Shown here one piece after another: positions 63,210 to 64,000 of a stretch of 64,000 nucleotides of DNA. Below the pieces are notes generated by a model. The model did not search any database and was not told the origin of the DNA. It worked only from the letters and a program-made list of their open reading frames with translations. A program made the position numbers and the translations under genes. This DNA comes from Azolla caroliniana (Eukaryota; Plantae; Polypodiophyta), in NCBI GenBank assembly GCA_043228905.1, contig JBHGNT010000001.1, positions 8,246,001-8,310,000 of the forward strand, in the 5' to 3' direction. Each line of letters begins with the position of its first letter. The first letter of the stretch is position 1.

Positions 63210-63446
63210 CTACGCTTATACAGATAGTATACAATGGAAATTGAAGATTTATTTAACCAATGACTCAGAAAATAGAAGTGTTTATGCATAACATGATTAA
63301 GCCATGTAGAAAACCTTGCATTTAGGGAACGGATCTGACATAGAATGCTCGATATATCAGTATGAACGATATTGATGAAGGCACAGGACTTGTGGGTATA
63401 TGTAGGGTTCCTTTTGGTTACTCACTGATAATTCTAAAGTTAGGGT

Positions 63447-63561
63447 GTCACTCTCCTTGTATGTGTGTAAAAAAATGCATACACAGCTTGATTCTGTGGA
63501 AGTCTCACTCTCCTTGTATTTGTGTGTAAGAAAATTCATGCACGACTTGATTCTGTGGAAT
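63447..63561. repeat. Short tandem duplication (about 58 bp, two copies)
   Basis: TCACTCTCCTTGTAT.TGTGT.AA.AAA..GCA..C..CTTGATTCTGTGGAA occurs twice. Confidence 0.75.
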
Positions 63562-64000
63562 AATGGTAAAACAAAAACCCTGGGGTGTGGGATCAGTTGG
63601 TATACACATTACTATGTTAAATTCTCTCAACAAACTATGGGTTTGTATATGGTTTCACTGCTTTTCAAAATGATCAATTTTAATTATGGAGCTATAGAAT
63701 CAGGTTCATTCCAAATCACAAGCGGAAAACCTTCAAGCTGTAGGATAATACCATGAATAAGATGGACATGGAAGGAACAATAGGACATAAAAATATTAAA
63801 GAAATTAGAATGCAATAAACTAACTAGATGATGAATAAGATGTAAAATATCAGGAAACAACTTGCACCATGAATGAGGTGTAGATAGAAACAGAGGGTAG
63901 GCTCCTAGATGAGGTTGTTGATTACTAGCTCATTTCATGTGCGGATTACTTTTAATCACGCGAAACTTAACAAGACAGTGTGGAGCAGAGAAATTTACAG

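Overview
Gene-rich nuclear DNA from a land plant. The sequence points to a seed-free plant, probably a fern; this is inferred from the PPR, retroelement and mitochondrial-type trnA(UGC) sequences and is not proven. Eight host genes could be spliced by hand: RPS30 (+), importin alpha (-, with one GC-AG intron), an intronless PLS-class E/E+ PPR protein (+), a SEC14/CRAL-TRIO lipid-transfer protein (-), an intronless aldo-keto reductase with a plastid-transit-like leader (+), a PAP2 lipid-phosphate phosphatase (-), a papain-family cysteine protease (+) and the Sec1-family gene MIP3 (+). Mobile DNA includes two full-length but inactivated Ty1/copia elements. The first (29342-35659) carries a nested 828-bp solo-LTR-like insertion with a 4-bp target-site duplication (TSD), which is related to an LTR-like end at the window start. 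There are also L1-type LINE, copia and gypsy remnants, tRNA-like SINE-type heads, a small mitochondrion-like insert carrying trnA(UGC), and many short tandem duplications and microsatellites. No CRISPR or prokaryotic operon structure is present. The best leads are the nested LTR-like family with an internal tRNA-like Pol III cassette, the intronless bacterial/algal-type AKR, and the trnA insert. All coordinates and counts were made by eye.
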